Counted from the first letter of the stretch, positions 39,383-49,343 are shown. The stretch: 64,000 nt of DNA from Candidatus Magasanikiibacteriota bacterium (GCA_021648085.1 JAKITS010000001.1:260948-324947), one strand, 5' to 3'. The notes: generated by a model not told the origin, from the letters alone. Program-made: numbers and translations.

Positions 39383-40228
39383 ATGATTATAGATTCACAT
39401 TCACATATACAATTTAAAACTTTTGTGGGTGATGTAGAAAATGTTATAAAAAGAACTTTGGAAAAAGGTGTTTTTATAAATACGGTTGGTACGCAAAGCA
39501 ATACAAGTAAAAAAGCAGTAGAAATCGCAGAAAAATACGATGGAGTTTTTGCGACGATTGGAGTTCACCCAACCCATGTTTTTAGTACAGATGTAGAAGA
39601 GGAGGGAAGTGCTTTCAAATCTCGCGCAGAAGATTTTGATTATGAATTTTATAAAGATTTAGCAAAGTCACCAAAGGTAATTGGAATTGGTGAAACTGGA
39701 ATGGATGGTTTTCATATTCCAAAAAATTTAGACAAAAAAGAAGTTTTTGCGAAACAAAAAGAAATTTTTCTAAGTCATTATAAATTGGCGCAGGAGTTAG
39801 ATTTACCACTTGTAATACATGTTCGCGATGCTCACGAGGAATTGCTGAAAGTTTTGAGTGAATTACCAAAACCAATTCGTGGAGTAGTTCATTGTTTTAC
39901 TTCCAATTGGGAAGATGCACAAAAATATCTTGACTTGGGATTACATTTGGGGTTTACTGGTATTGTGACATTTTCACCAAAGAAAACAGACCCGCAAACA
40001 CAACTAGATTTGCTAGAGGTTGTAGAAAATTGTCCACTTGATAGAATGTTGGTGGAAACAGATGCACCGTTTTTAGCCCCACAAAAATATAGAGGGAAAA
40101 GGTGTGAGCCATGGATGGTAGAGGAAGTTGTAAAATTTATCGCAGAGTTTAGGGGTTTGGATGAAGGGGAATTGAAAAAACAAGTTTTAAAAAATACAAA
40201 AAGTTTGTTTACAAAAATAAATATTTAA
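39383..40228 (+). CDS. tatD: TatD family DNase
   Basis: IDSHSH, GVHP, IGETGMD, IHVRDA, VHCFT, ETDAPFL. Confidence 0.95.
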   Translation: MIIDSHSHIQFKTFVGDVENVIKRTLEKGVFINTVGTQSNTSKKAVEIAEKYDGVFATIGVHPTHVFSTDVEEEGSAFKSRAEDFDYEFYKDLAKSPKVIGIGETGMDGFHIPKNLDKKEVFAKQKEIFLSHYKLAQELDLPLVIHVRDAHEELLKVLSELPKPIRGVVHCFTSNWEDAQKYLDLGLHLGFTGIVTFSPKKTDPQTQLDLLEVVENCPLDRMLVETDAPFLAPQKYRGKRCEPWMVEEVVKFIAEFRGLDEGELKKQVLKNTKSLFTKINI

Positions 40229-40237
40229 TTTAAGAAT

Positions 40238-40975
40238 ATGGAAGAAAAAAGTTTAACAAAGTTTATATTGGTAGGAGTTTTTGCTATTGCTGTGGTAGCT
40301 CTTGGTTTTTGGGTTGTAAATTATGAAAAACCAGAGCCAGAGCTAACTCAAGAGACAGCTGGTCCAGATATTTCTGGAGTGAGCATTATAGATGAAAGTG
40401 ATGATATTTGGTGGGATGAAGAATATTCTATAAATATTGAAAATTCAGAGTTGCGTTGGACTGGATATAAGCTAGCAGGTTCTCACACTGGAACTGTTGG
40501 AATAAAAGAAGGAATAATCTTAGAAAAAGATGGTATTTTTGCAGGAGGTTGGTTTAAGATAGGTATGAATAGTATTTTAGTAGATGACATAGAAGATGAG
40601 GAATCAAACAAAAGTTTGGTAGACCATTTGAAAAACGAAGAATTTTTTAATACAGCTGAATTTCCAGAAGCAACATTTACAATAGATCAGGTTTTAAAAG
40701 AAAAAGGTGTTAATATGTATAGTACAATTGGAAAATTTACAATAAAAGGTGTAGAGCGTGAAATTGGTTTGTTTACTCATATTGTAAAAGAAGGTGATAG
40801 GTATATTATAAAATCTGATTTCGCAATTGACAGAACACTTTGGGGAATTCGCTATGGTTCAAATAAATTTTTTGATGATTTGGGGGATAAGCTAATAGAC
40901 GATACAATAGAATTTGAATTGAAAATGGTTTTGGATAAAGAAGATGTACAGGTAAATGAAGAGGTTGTAGAGTAG
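40238..40975 (+). CDS. YceI family protein
   Basis: W.GYK...H.G, HLKNEEFFN...FPEATF, IDRTLWGI.Y. Confidence 0.9.
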   Translation: MEEKSLTKFILVGVFAIAVVALGFWVVNYEKPEPELTQETAGPDISGVSIIDESDDIWWDEEYSINIENSELRWTGYKLAGSHTGTVGIKEGIILEKDGIFAGGWFKIGMNSILVDDIEDEESNKSLVDHLKNEEFFNTAEFPEATFTIDQVLKEKGVNMYSTIGKFTIKGVEREIGLFTHIVKEGDRYIIKSDFAIDRTLWGIRYGSNKFFDDLGDKLIDDTIEFELKMVLDKEDVQVNEEVVE

Positions 40976-41024
40976 TAAATTTTTTAAAATAAAAAACTCC
41001 TAGAAAATCTAGGAGTTTGTTATT

Positions 41025-43172
41025 TTAAATCTGTATAACACCTTTTTGAGTATTTATTTTTTTGTGGTGAGCAATTCCAAATTTGAGCTGTTCATAAGTA
41101 AATTTCCCCTTGAATTTATTGTGGAAAGGTTTCATTATCACGGGTACACCTTTTTTATCTATCATTTCTAAAATTTCTTTTAAATCGTATTTGGTCATAA
41201 AATCAAATATTTTTATATCGTAGCCTTCTTCATATAGTTGTATTATGTGGTTATAAATAGTTTGAGTTTTTAGTTTTCTTTCTCTTGCAATTTGAGCAAC
41301 TGGAGCACCTTGGCGATAATGGGAGAAGGTTACTTGTTGTGTACTGCCTTTAAATTTAGTTTCTTTTGTGTCGCAGGATTTTATAAATTTTGTAATTTCA
41401 TCTATAAATTGTTGTCCGTAAGATACAAATTTTTTATCACCAACTCCTGTAATTTTTTTCATTTCTTTTTCTGTGATTGGCATATTTTGTGTCATTTCGT
41501 CCAAAGTTTTATCATTGAAAACTATATATGGCGGGATATCTTTTTGTTTAGAAATACCTCTACGAAGTTCGCGAAGGAGATGAAAAAGTTTTTCTTCGGC
41601 AGTTTCTCTTTTTGTTTGCACTTTTTCTTTGGTTTGTTTTTTGGCACGCTGCTGTATAGATTCTAGTGTAACGAATTTAACTTGTTTTTTGCCAAGCAAA
41701 ACTTCTTTTCCAACTTCTGAGATACTTAGTTTATTATTATTGTCGTATGCCACATCTATCAAACCTAAGTTGAGCATTTGGAGTAGATAGTGGTGCCAGT
41801 TTTCTTGTGAGATGTCTTTGCCTGCGCCGTACGTCTTTATTTTATCCAAACCTTGTGCAACCAAGTCAAATCTTCTAGAACCCCGCAAAACGTCTATCAG
41901 CATCTGTATTCCAACATTGGATTTCAATCTATAAATTGCAGAAAGTGCTTTGCGAGAAATCTCTGTGCCATCAAAAATTTCTGGTGGATTGTCGCAAACA
42001 TCACAATTATCACAATTTTTATCCAAATGTTCATTGAAATAGGCAAGTAATGTTCTACGACGACAAATTAGTGAGTCTGCAAACTGTTGCATTCTATTTA
42101 ATTTTGCAAGTTGAAGCTGAGGTTGACCACTTTCTGTAGCAAATCTTTTAAGTAGGACAACATCTGCAAAAGTGTAAAATAAAACTACTTCACTCGGCAT
42201 TCCATCTCTTCCAGCTCGTCCAATTTCTTGATAGTATCCTTCTATATTTTTGGGTAAGTTGTAATGAATTACAAACCGTACATTTGACTTATCTATCCCC
42301 ATTCCAAAAGCAATGGTTGCAACTATTATGTCTGTGCGTCCATAAATAAAATCTTCTTGTTTTTTCGAGCGATCATAAGAGTTTACACCAGCATGGTAAT
42401 ACTCCGCATTTATTCCATATTTTTGCAATTCTATTGCAGTTTTTTCAGTTTGTTTTCTACTTAAACAATATATAATTCCACATTCGTCTTTTCGCGCTTT
42501 TACAAACTCTAATATTTTTTGCATTCTTTTTCTGGCTGGCAATACAGAAAGATGAAGATTTGGTCTATCGAAAGAAGAGATAAAAACTTTTGGTTTATTT
42601 AGGGATAGTTGAGTCAAAATATCTTTGCGAGTAAGTTTGTCTGCAGTAGCTGTAAGAGCAATAATAGGAATATTTGGAAAATGAGATTTTAAATATGAAA
42701 GTTTTGTATATTCTTTGCGGAAATCATGACCCCAAGAAGAAATACAGTGAGCCTCGTCTATTGCAAATAAACTAACATTTATTTCTTGTAGAAAATTTTG
42801 AAAATAAGGTGATACTAGTTTTTCTGGAGAAACATACAAAAGTTTAATTTCGCCGTTTCTCACAGCCTTTTCCACATCTAAAGCTTCTTCATTTTCTAGC
42901 GAACTATTCAAAAAATTTGCACGAATTCCACTACCAACCAAACTCTCAACTTGATCTTTCATAAGTGCAATAAGAGGGGAAACCACGATAGTGATTCCGG
43001 GCAAAATAGTAGCAGGAAGTTGGTAGCACAAAGATTTTCCACCACCAGTAGGCATTAGAACTAGACAATCTTGTTTTGCGAGAACTGTATCTATAATTTC
43101 TTTTTGAGTAGAGCGAAATTTGCTAAATCCAAAATTGTGTTTCAGTGATTTTTGTATTTCTTTTTTATTCAT
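41025..43172 (-). CDS. recQ: ATP-dependent DNA helicase RecQ
   Basis: MPTGGGKSLCYQLP, DEAHC, RQC Zn cysteines, HRDC and C-terminal HTH. Confidence 0.96.
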   Translation of the reverse strand: MNKKEIQKSLKHNFGFSKFRSTQKEIIDTVLAKQDCLVLMPTGGGKSLCYQLPATILPGITIVVSPLIALMKDQVESLVGSGIRANFLNSSLENEEALDVEKAVRNGEIKLLYVSPEKLVSPYFQNFLQEINVSLFAIDEAHCISSWGHDFRKEYTKLSYLKSHFPNIPIIALTATADKLTRKDILTQLSLNKPKVFISSFDRPNLHLSVLPARKRMQKILEFVKARKDECGIIYCLSRKQTEKTAIELQKYGINAEYYHAGVNSYDRSKKQEDFIYGRTDIIVATIAFGMGIDKSNVRFVIHYNLPKNIEGYYQEIGRAGRDGMPSEVVLFYTFADVVLLKRFATESGQPQLQLAKLNRMQQFADSLICRRRTLLAYFNEHLDKNCDNCDVCDNPPEIFDGTEISRKALSAIYRLKSNVGIQMLIDVLRGSRRFDLVAQGLDKIKTYGAGKDISQENWHHYLLQMLNLGLIDVAYDNNNKLSISEVGKEVLLGKKQVKFVTLESIQQRAKKQTKEKVQTKRETAEEKLFHLLRELRRGISKQKDIPPYIVFNDKTLDEMTQNMPITEKEMKKITGVGDKKFVSYGQQFIDEITKFIKSCDTKETKFKGSTQQVTFSHYRQGAPVAQIARERKLKTQTIYNHIIQLYEEGYDIKIFDFMTKYDLKEILEMIDKKGVPVIMKPFHNKFKGKFTYEQLKFGIAHHKKINTQKGVIQI

Positions 43173-43257
43173 AGAATTTATTGTATCAAAGAATATCAAA
43201 AAGACATATTTTTTATATCAAAAAACTCCTAAAGTTTAATAGGAGTTTTTATAATTG

Positions 43258-43608
43258 TTATATTTTTTGGAATTTTACACTGAATATTGGTTCGTAGTCG
43301 TTGCCATATTCATCTTTTAGTTCTATTGGTTTTCCTTTCATCAGAGTTGTAAGTGCAATATCGCTTAACATTTGCTTATCATTCATTAAGTCTTCTTTTA
43401 GATTGTCTAACTGACCGAATTCTGAACTGAAGTCGGCTTTTATTTGATTTTCTATGCTTTTCTTTTTTTCTTTCAAAACACTTAGTTTATCTGCAATTTC
43501 TTTGTATTGTGAAGAGGCTTCCAAGGCATCTCTATATGCAGATTTTATGTCTTTTTGTTTTCTCTGTGTTTCTTTTATTCGTTCAAAGATTTCGCGTATG
43601 TCTTTCAT
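43258..43608 (-). CDS. Conserved-looking coiled-coil hypothetical protein
   Basis: 116 aa, helical, ends YEPIFSVKFQK. Confidence 0.7.
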   Translation of the reverse strand: MKDIREIFERIKETQRKQKDIKSAYRDALEASSQYKEIADKLSVLKEKKKSIENQIKADFSSEFGQLDNLKEDLMNDKQMLSDIALTTLMKGKPIELKDEYGNDYEPIFSVKFQKI

Positions 43609-43723
43609 AGTTTAGTCTAAAAAATTATAGAAATATTATAACATATTTTTATAATTTTGTATTTTTATTTTGTTTGGTGTTAGTGTTGTGCTAATATAAT
43701 TACTCACTCAAAAGGAGGGTAAA

Positions 43724-44794
43724 ATGGCTGTTCGTTTAGAATTGAATCCAAAAGCAGTTGGTTTTTTTGGAGACAGAGCTGTGCGCAATGAGGACGCAAG
43801 AAGAAGAGTGCCAAAAAGAAAATATGATGATTATTTTTGGGATGAACATGTGGGACCTTTTGAAATAGATGAAGTAGAACTTAGCGAGAGTAAAGGGATT
43901 CGTAGATTAGGATTGAAAACTCAAGTTGTGACAGCTCCTGGGAATCCACATGTGCGGACTCGGCTTACCCCACTTTAGAAGTTAGGTATTTTGTGGTTAA
44001 ACCTGCTAGAATTTTAGGGCTGAACCACGAATTATGTTCTGCTTCTGCTATTGGTCATGATATTGGGCATACACCATTTGGTCATGCTGGAGAAAGTTTT
44101 TTGGCAGAAGTGACAGGTAAAAAATTTAGGCATAATATTTTTAGCGTTGTGATTGCCCAATTTATTGAAAGAACTGGGAGTGGTTTAGGGCTCACACACC
44201 AAACTTTGTCTGGGATGAAGAATCATTCTAGAGGTGGTGGAGATGTTGTTTCAGATTTAAAAGCATCATTAGAAGATAATTTGTTGATGTTGGGGGATAA
44301 AATAGCTTACACATGGTCGGATATAAATGATATATTTTTTAGGTTAAAACTTTTGGATATTGCTGATTTTCCAGAATTGCAAATACTTATGAATTGGTTT
44401 GGAAATAACCAAAGAGAAAGGATGAAAACCTGTATTATTGGTTTGTGCAACGAATCCGTAGAAAAAAATACGATTTCCTTTATCGATAGTGATGCTGGAG
44501 CTAAATTTAATCGTATAAAAAAACTATGTATGAAAAAAATATGGTAAATCTAATTTTAAAGGTGTAAGGGATAATTTAGCAAAAGTTTATGACTTTTTAC
44601 TTGGCAATCCTCTTTTAGGTACGGTTGATCCCGCGATAGCTTTGGCTCTTATGACAGATAATGATGTGTTTGCTTTGTGTAAAAAGAAATATTTAAAAGA
44701 ACAACATGATTTACTGCGGTCTTCTGTTTGGGAAATTATTCCCAAATTGCAAGGCAGGGAAATTGATTTTATGGATCCAGGTTTAGATTGGTAG
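43724..44794 (+). pseudogene. dGTPase-like HD-domain hydrolase, multiply frameshifted
   Basis: KTQV...HVRTRLT / LEV...LGLN...GHDIGHTPFGHAGE...DKIAY / ...DPAIALALMTD...DPGLDW*; breaks at about 43970 and 44515-44545. Confidence 0.8.
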
Positions 44795-44836
44795 TTTTAT
44801 ATTTTAAACCGACTTTTAATAAGTCGGTTTTTTTAT

Positions 44837-44900
44837 TTGACAGAAGTTTTTTTAAAATATAGAATTCATCACAGTACCTTACAACTTATAGGAGAAAAAA
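44837..44900 (+). promoter_or_regulatory. sigma70 promoter + boxA-like leader + SD
   Basis: TTGACA-17-TAGAAT, GTACCTTACAAC, AGGAG. Confidence 0.65.
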
Positions 44901-46178
44901 ATGGAAACAGACTATAAACATGCTTTCTGTTTTGTTTTAGACCTTTTAAATAGAGGGTTATTTACGACAGAAGAAACTTCAAAAGTTCTTGAAAAAATAT
45001 TAAATAAAGAAACTAGGAAAAATTGCATTGCGGAGTGTCTTAGGTGTAAAAGATTTGAGAATGATTTTGATTTTGTATTTTCGGATATACAAAATCATTT
45101 TACTTATTGGCCTGTATATTTCAAGAGATTTCTCGAAGAAGTTTCTGAATTACCAGAATTAACTTTTACGAGTAGGCTTGTACATGCGAGATTGGCTTAT
45201 TTTTTGGAAAGATGTTATTTGGAGCACACAGATAGGGGTTTTAATTTTTCTGGATTTAATATGAAAGTTGGAGATGTTTTGGAGAAAGTTAGTTTACCAG
45301 GTTTTTTGAGAGAATCTAATTTGATTTTAATAGGAAAAAGACAGCCAAGTTTCAGTGAAAGTGTTCGAGCAACCCTACTTAGATACAAAAAAATGGAAGA
45401 GTTTGGTAGAATTTTTGTTGGTGACCAAAATGTGCAAGCAATAATTTTGGGAGGATCTTTGGGGTATGGCCCATTTTTAAATGTTCGGTCTGCAGTAGGA
45501 AATTCAAGTAGTTCAGATTTGGATGTTATTGTTATTGTAAAAGATTTTAATGATATTATTAAAAATAGAAAATTTTACAAAACAGCTCTGTTTTACAAAA
45601 AAGCTAAACATCAGTTTAAAAGAAGATTGGGTGTATTTCAGGAATTATATAAAAAAATGGATGCTGTTGTTTTTAGTCAAAAGTTTGATATTGTGGATAC
45701 AGATTTTTATATAAGTATTCATTTTATAACAATCGATACACTAAAATCAATTATCGGCAAACCGTTTGAAGCTCAATTACTAAGAAGTGAAGATATTAGT
45801 CTTTATGTTTCAGACTATAAAGCTAAAAATAAAATATTTTTTGGTGATAGATTTGGGTTTAGTAAAATAATAAAAAGTAAACCTATTTTAAAATTAGAAA
45901 ATCAAAAAATAAAAAGCGGTTTTATAACTTTTGTCGAGGGGTATTCCATAATAAATGGAAGGTTTTATCCTGGAATATATCATAATATAATTTCACCAAA
46001 ATTTTCTGTTTGGCATGATAAAGATAACGATACTACTAATTTGGTAAGAAGATTTAAACGGGTTTTTGTAGAGAGGTATAAAATGGAACGAGTTCAATTT
46101 AGAGATTGCTCTCATATATTTAATTCACACTTGAGATATCCAATTTTTTCTCCTATTTTGATGGCGCAAAACCGATAG
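44901..46178 (+). CDS. Pol-beta-superfamily nucleotidyltransferase-like protein (SD-led orphan)
   Basis: IILGGSLGYG...SSDLDVIVIV (GS...DxD). Confidence 0.6.
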   Translation: METDYKHAFCFVLDLLNRGLFTTEETSKVLEKILNKETRKNCIAECLRCKRFENDFDFVFSDIQNHFTYWPVYFKRFLEEVSELPELTFTSRLVHARLAYFLERCYLEHTDRGFNFSGFNMKVGDVLEKVSLPGFLRESNLILIGKRQPSFSESVRATLLRYKKMEEFGRIFVGDQNVQAIILGGSLGYGPFLNVRSAVGNSSSSDLDVIVIVKDFNDIIKNRKFYKTALFYKKAKHQFKRRLGVFQELYKKMDAVVFSQKFDIVDTDFYISIHFITIDTLKSIIGKPFEAQLLRSEDISLYVSDYKAKNKIFFGDRFGFSKIIKSKPILKLENQKIKSGFITFVEGYSIINGRFYPGIYHNIISPKFSVWHDKDNDTTNLVRRFKRVFVERYKMERVQFRDCSHIFNSHLRYPIFSPILMAQNR

Positions 46179-46731
46179 TTTGTTCAAATTTATGGACGGC
46201 CGCAGACATACTACGCACATCGTGTAAAGCATTGTGTGTGTGACCGTCCATTTTTAATCCTACGGCTTTATAAAGTGTTCCGCTAGAATATTTATCTGGA
46301 TCAACTCCCCAAAAGGGGAGTTTTTGTTTTACTTTTATAAAAGGTCTATTTTTATAAAGAAAAGATATGTTGTGGTAATTGCAATTTTGCAAAAATACTC
46401 CAAAATCAGCATTGAAAGTCCAAATAGTATTATCTCCACAAAAATTATAAAATTTTTCTAAAGCTTCTTTAAAATTTATCCCTTTTTTATCCATTTGTTT
46501 TTGTGTTATTCCTGTTAGTTCTGTTGAAAATTCTGGTAGAATTTTTGTAAAAGGAGGTTTTACTAATATATCAAAAAAACCTAACTCTTCGTTTGTTTTT
46601 GAATTTACCAAAATAGCTGCTATTTGTGTTACTTGTCTTTGTTCTTTTTCTGTGGGTCTTCCACTTTCTCGAGTCATTCCGGGATAGACATATTCCAAAT
46701 CTACGAATATTCTTTTTTTATCGGATTTCAT
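46153..46731 (-). CDS. DEDDh 3'-5' exonuclease
   Basis: FVDLE, ELTGIT, HNALHD. Confidence 0.88.
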   Translation of the reverse strand: MKSDKKRIFVDLEYVYPGMTRESGRPTEKEQRQVTQIAAILVNSKTNEELGFFDILVKPPFTKILPEFSTELTGITQKQMDKKGINFKEALEKFYNFCGDNTIWTFNADFGVFLQNCNYHNISFLYKNRPFIKVKQKLPFWGVDPDKYSSGTLYKAVGLKMDGHTHNALHDVRSMSAAVHKFEQTIGFAPSK

Positions 46732-46780
46732 ATTTTTACTAAATTTTATTATAAATATTTAGTATAACATAATTTTTAAC

Positions 46781-46842
46781 TTGACAATCTTACTTTTTAA
46801 AGCTAATCTTTCTATATGGTCTTTTCAAAAAGGAGGTATGAA
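46781..46842 (+). promoter_or_regulatory. sigma70 promoter + boxA-like leader + SD
   Basis: TTGACA-17-TAATCT, GGTCTTTTCAAAA, AAGGAGGT. Confidence 0.7.
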
Positions 46843-47181
46843 GTGTACAATGTATCTGGTGTATTTTTAAGATGTGAAGGCTTTGATAGCAGTAGTAAAG
46901 TTCTATGTCTGGTTCTTTATTTTGAAGATAAAAATGATATTAAATTATTTTTTATTTATTCTTCTTTACAGGGAAATTCTGTTTTAAATTCTTTTAGTGA
47001 TTCTGAACTTTCTATCTTTGACAAAACAGTTTTAAAGAAGAGGTTGTGTTCACTACCAAATAGTGATTCTATAAATATCCTGGGAATCTTAAGTGGTGCA
47101 AGTGCAAAAACGACAATGACATTAATTTGGAGATTAGCAGGTGATTATCCTAATAAAACAGAAAAGCCAGTATTAAATTAA
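46843..47181 (+). CDS. Hypothetical protein (SD-led orphan)
   Basis: GTG start after AAGGAGGT; terminator 47186-47216. Confidence 0.6.
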   Translation: MYNVSGVFLRCEGFDSSSKVLCLVLYFEDKNDIKLFFIYSSLQGNSVLNSFSDSELSIFDKTVLKKRLCSLPNSDSINILGILSGASAKTTMTLIWRLAGDYPNKTEKPVLN

Positions 47182-47214
47182 AACTAAAAGCTCTAATCAA
47201 TTTAGAGCTTTTTT

Positions 47215-47275
47215 TTGATTTTTAATTTATTTTTTGGTAAGATTGTTTCAGGTGTTCTTTTCAATAGGAGGAAAG
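47215..47275 (+). promoter_or_regulatory. sigma70 promoter + boxA-like leader + SD
   Basis: TTGATT-17-(TGn)TAAGAT, TGTTCTTTTCAATA, AGGAGG. Confidence 0.7.
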
Positions 47276-47668
47276 ATGAGCGAAGAAGAAAGCATCTACA
47301 TTAATATTAGAGAATTTCCTTTTTCGTATGAGCAAGAAAAAGATCAGCGTAATGGTTTTGTTGTTTTTGTAGGTTTTGATAATAAGTATTATTTTTTTTA
47401 TTTATTTTCTAAACAAGATTTTGATTTTTGTTGTGAATTTATTTCTTGTAAATATAAAAACAAAGAACAATTTAGTGAAGCACTCCGTAATTATTTTAAT
47501 TCTAAGATAACACTTGAACTACCAGAAAGTTCAGATTTTGAAATGCAAATGCTGGAAGACGCAGCAGCAGTTATTGCGTGGGGTTTTATTGTAAAAGATG
47601 AAGATACTGAAAATAATTGTGAAAAATGTCCCTTGTTTGCAGATCTTAAAGGACTGCAACCAAATTAG
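47276..47668 (+). CDS. Hypothetical protein (SD-led orphan)
   Basis: ATG 47276 after AGGAGG; terminator 47675-47699. Confidence 0.6.
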   Translation: MSEEESIYINIREFPFSYEQEKDQRNGFVVFVGFDNKYYFFYLFSKQDFDFCCEFISCKYKNKEQFSEALRNYFNSKITLELPESSDFEMQMLEDAAAVIAWGFIVKDEDTENNCEKCPLFADLKGLQPN

Positions 47669-47757
47669 ACCCATAAACCTCTTTAATTAGAGGTTTTTTA
47701 TTTTAGACTTGATTTTTTTATATTTTTTTGTTATTATTACTTGAAATAAATATTTTT

Positions 47758-49023
47758 ATGAAAAAAAGAGAAATAGAAATAATGTCACCAGCGGGCTCTT
47801 TTGAGAGTTTGTATTCGGCAATAAAAGCAGGCGCAAATTCTGTTTATTTTGGAATAGACAAACTAAATATGCGTGCTCGCGCAGCGGTAAATTTTACAAT
47901 AGAAGATTTAGAAAAAATAGTAAAAATTTGTAATGAAAACAGTGTAAAAACTTATTTAACAGTAAATATAGTTTTGTATAATCATGATTTAAAACAAATG
48001 AAAAAGGTTTGTGATTCTGCAAAAAAAGCTGGAATTACAGCAATAATCGCAGCAGATATCTCAGCTATTCAATACGCAAATTCTATTGATTTGCAGGTTC
48101 ACATTTCTACACAGGCAAATGTTTCAAATATAGAAGCTGTAAAGTTTTACTCAAAATTTTCAGATGTTGTTGTTTTGGCACGCGAATTGACTTTTGGACA
48201 AATTAAAGATATTTGCGAAACTATAAAAAATGAAAATATTTTAGGTAAAAGTGGAGAATTACTAAGAATTGAGATTTTTGTACACGGAGCACTTTGTGTT
48301 GCAATTTCAGGAAAATGCTATATGAGTCTGGCAACACACAATTCTTCTGCAAATAGGGGTGCGTGTCTACAAAATTGTCGCAGAACCTATAGAGTAATAG
48401 AAGAAGACACTGGAAATGAATTGGTAATAGACAATAAATTTGTGATGTCGCCCAAAGATTTGTGTACAGTTGGGTATATCGATAAGATTTTGGAGGCAGG
48501 TGTCTGTGTGCTAAAAATAGAGGGAAGAGGAAGGTCTGCAGATTATGTTTACACAACTACAAAAGTTTACAGAGAGGCATCAGATAGTTATCTGGAAGGA
48601 GACTTTACAAAAGAAAAAATTATAAAATGGATAGATGAATTGAAAAAAGTATTCAATCGTGGTTTTTGGTATGGTGGGTATTATCTTGGAAAAAAACAAG
48701 AAGAATGGAGCGCTTCATATGGTTCACAGTCTACAAAAGAAAGATTATTTGTTGGAAGAGTAGTTCACTATTATCCAAAAGTTGGAATTGCAGAAATTAA
48801 ACTGGAGACAAAAGATGTACTAGAAGGTGAAGAGGTCTGTATTACGGGTCCAACAACGGGAATTCTTAAAGAAAAAGTAGCGGGGCTGAGGGTTGAAGGA
48901 GAAAAATTTAATAAATCTAAAAAAGGTGATATAATTACTTTCAAGGTTTCAGAAAGAGTAAGAAAAAATGATAAGTTATTTGTAATAAGAGATAGAAAAT
49001 ATGTCCAAAATTATACAAAATAA
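47758..49023 (+). CDS. U32 family Fe-S protein (TrhP/RlhA-like RNA hydroxylation)
   Basis: SPAGS, HISTQAN, HGALCVAISGKC...RGACLQNCRR, LKIEGR. Confidence 0.9.
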   Translation: MKKREIEIMSPAGSFESLYSAIKAGANSVYFGIDKLNMRARAAVNFTIEDLEKIVKICNENSVKTYLTVNIVLYNHDLKQMKKVCDSAKKAGITAIIAADISAIQYANSIDLQVHISTQANVSNIEAVKFYSKFSDVVVLARELTFGQIKDICETIKNENILGKSGELLRIEIFVHGALCVAISGKCYMSLATHNSSANRGACLQNCRRTYRVIEEDTGNELVIDNKFVMSPKDLCTVGYIDKILEAGVCVLKIEGRGRSADYVYTTTKVYREASDSYLEGDFTKEKIIKWIDELKKVFNRGFWYGGYYLGKKQEEWSASYGSQSTKERLFVGRVVHYYPKVGIAEIKLETKDVLEGEEVCITGPTTGILKEKVAGLRVEGEKFNKSKKGDIITFKVSERVRKNDKLFVIRDRKYVQNYTK

Positions 49024-49243
49024 AGAAAATTGTATTGGCTGTAATTCTTGTATTGAGTATGCGCCAGATTATTGGAAAATAGGGGAGGATGGTAAGGCAA
49101 TTCTAAAAAGATCAACGGGGAAAAATAGTAATCAGATTTTAGAAGTCGAAGATTTTGAATTAGAAAAAAATAAATTAGCTGCTGAAGCTTGCCCAATGGG
49201 CTGTATTCAGATATTAGATGATAATGGAAAAGTTATAAAATAA
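49001..49243 (+). CDS. Ferredoxin
   Basis: CIGCNSC...ACPMGCI; overlaps the U32 gene. Confidence 0.9.
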   Translation: MSKIIQNKENCIGCNSCIEYAPDYWKIGEDGKAILKRSTGKNSNQILEVEDFELEKNKLAAEACPMGCIQILDDNGKVIK

Positions 49244-49311
49244 ATCATCCCTGGGGTTTTTTGTTTTAATTGTTTCCACACCGAGGCAAGCCTCGGTGTA
49301 TTACTATGAAT

Positions 49312-49343
49312 AAAAAATAGCCTCATAATAGAGGCTATTTTTT
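49312..49343. terminator. Bidirectional terminator
   Basis: AAAAAATAGCCTC-ATAATA-GAGGCTATTTTTT between convergent operons. Confidence 0.78.

Noticed and set aside
38436-40228. QatABCD-like antiphage system based on tatD
   Set aside because: No QueC-like or KAP ATPase partner; tatD sits in its usual rsmI/metG neighbourhood
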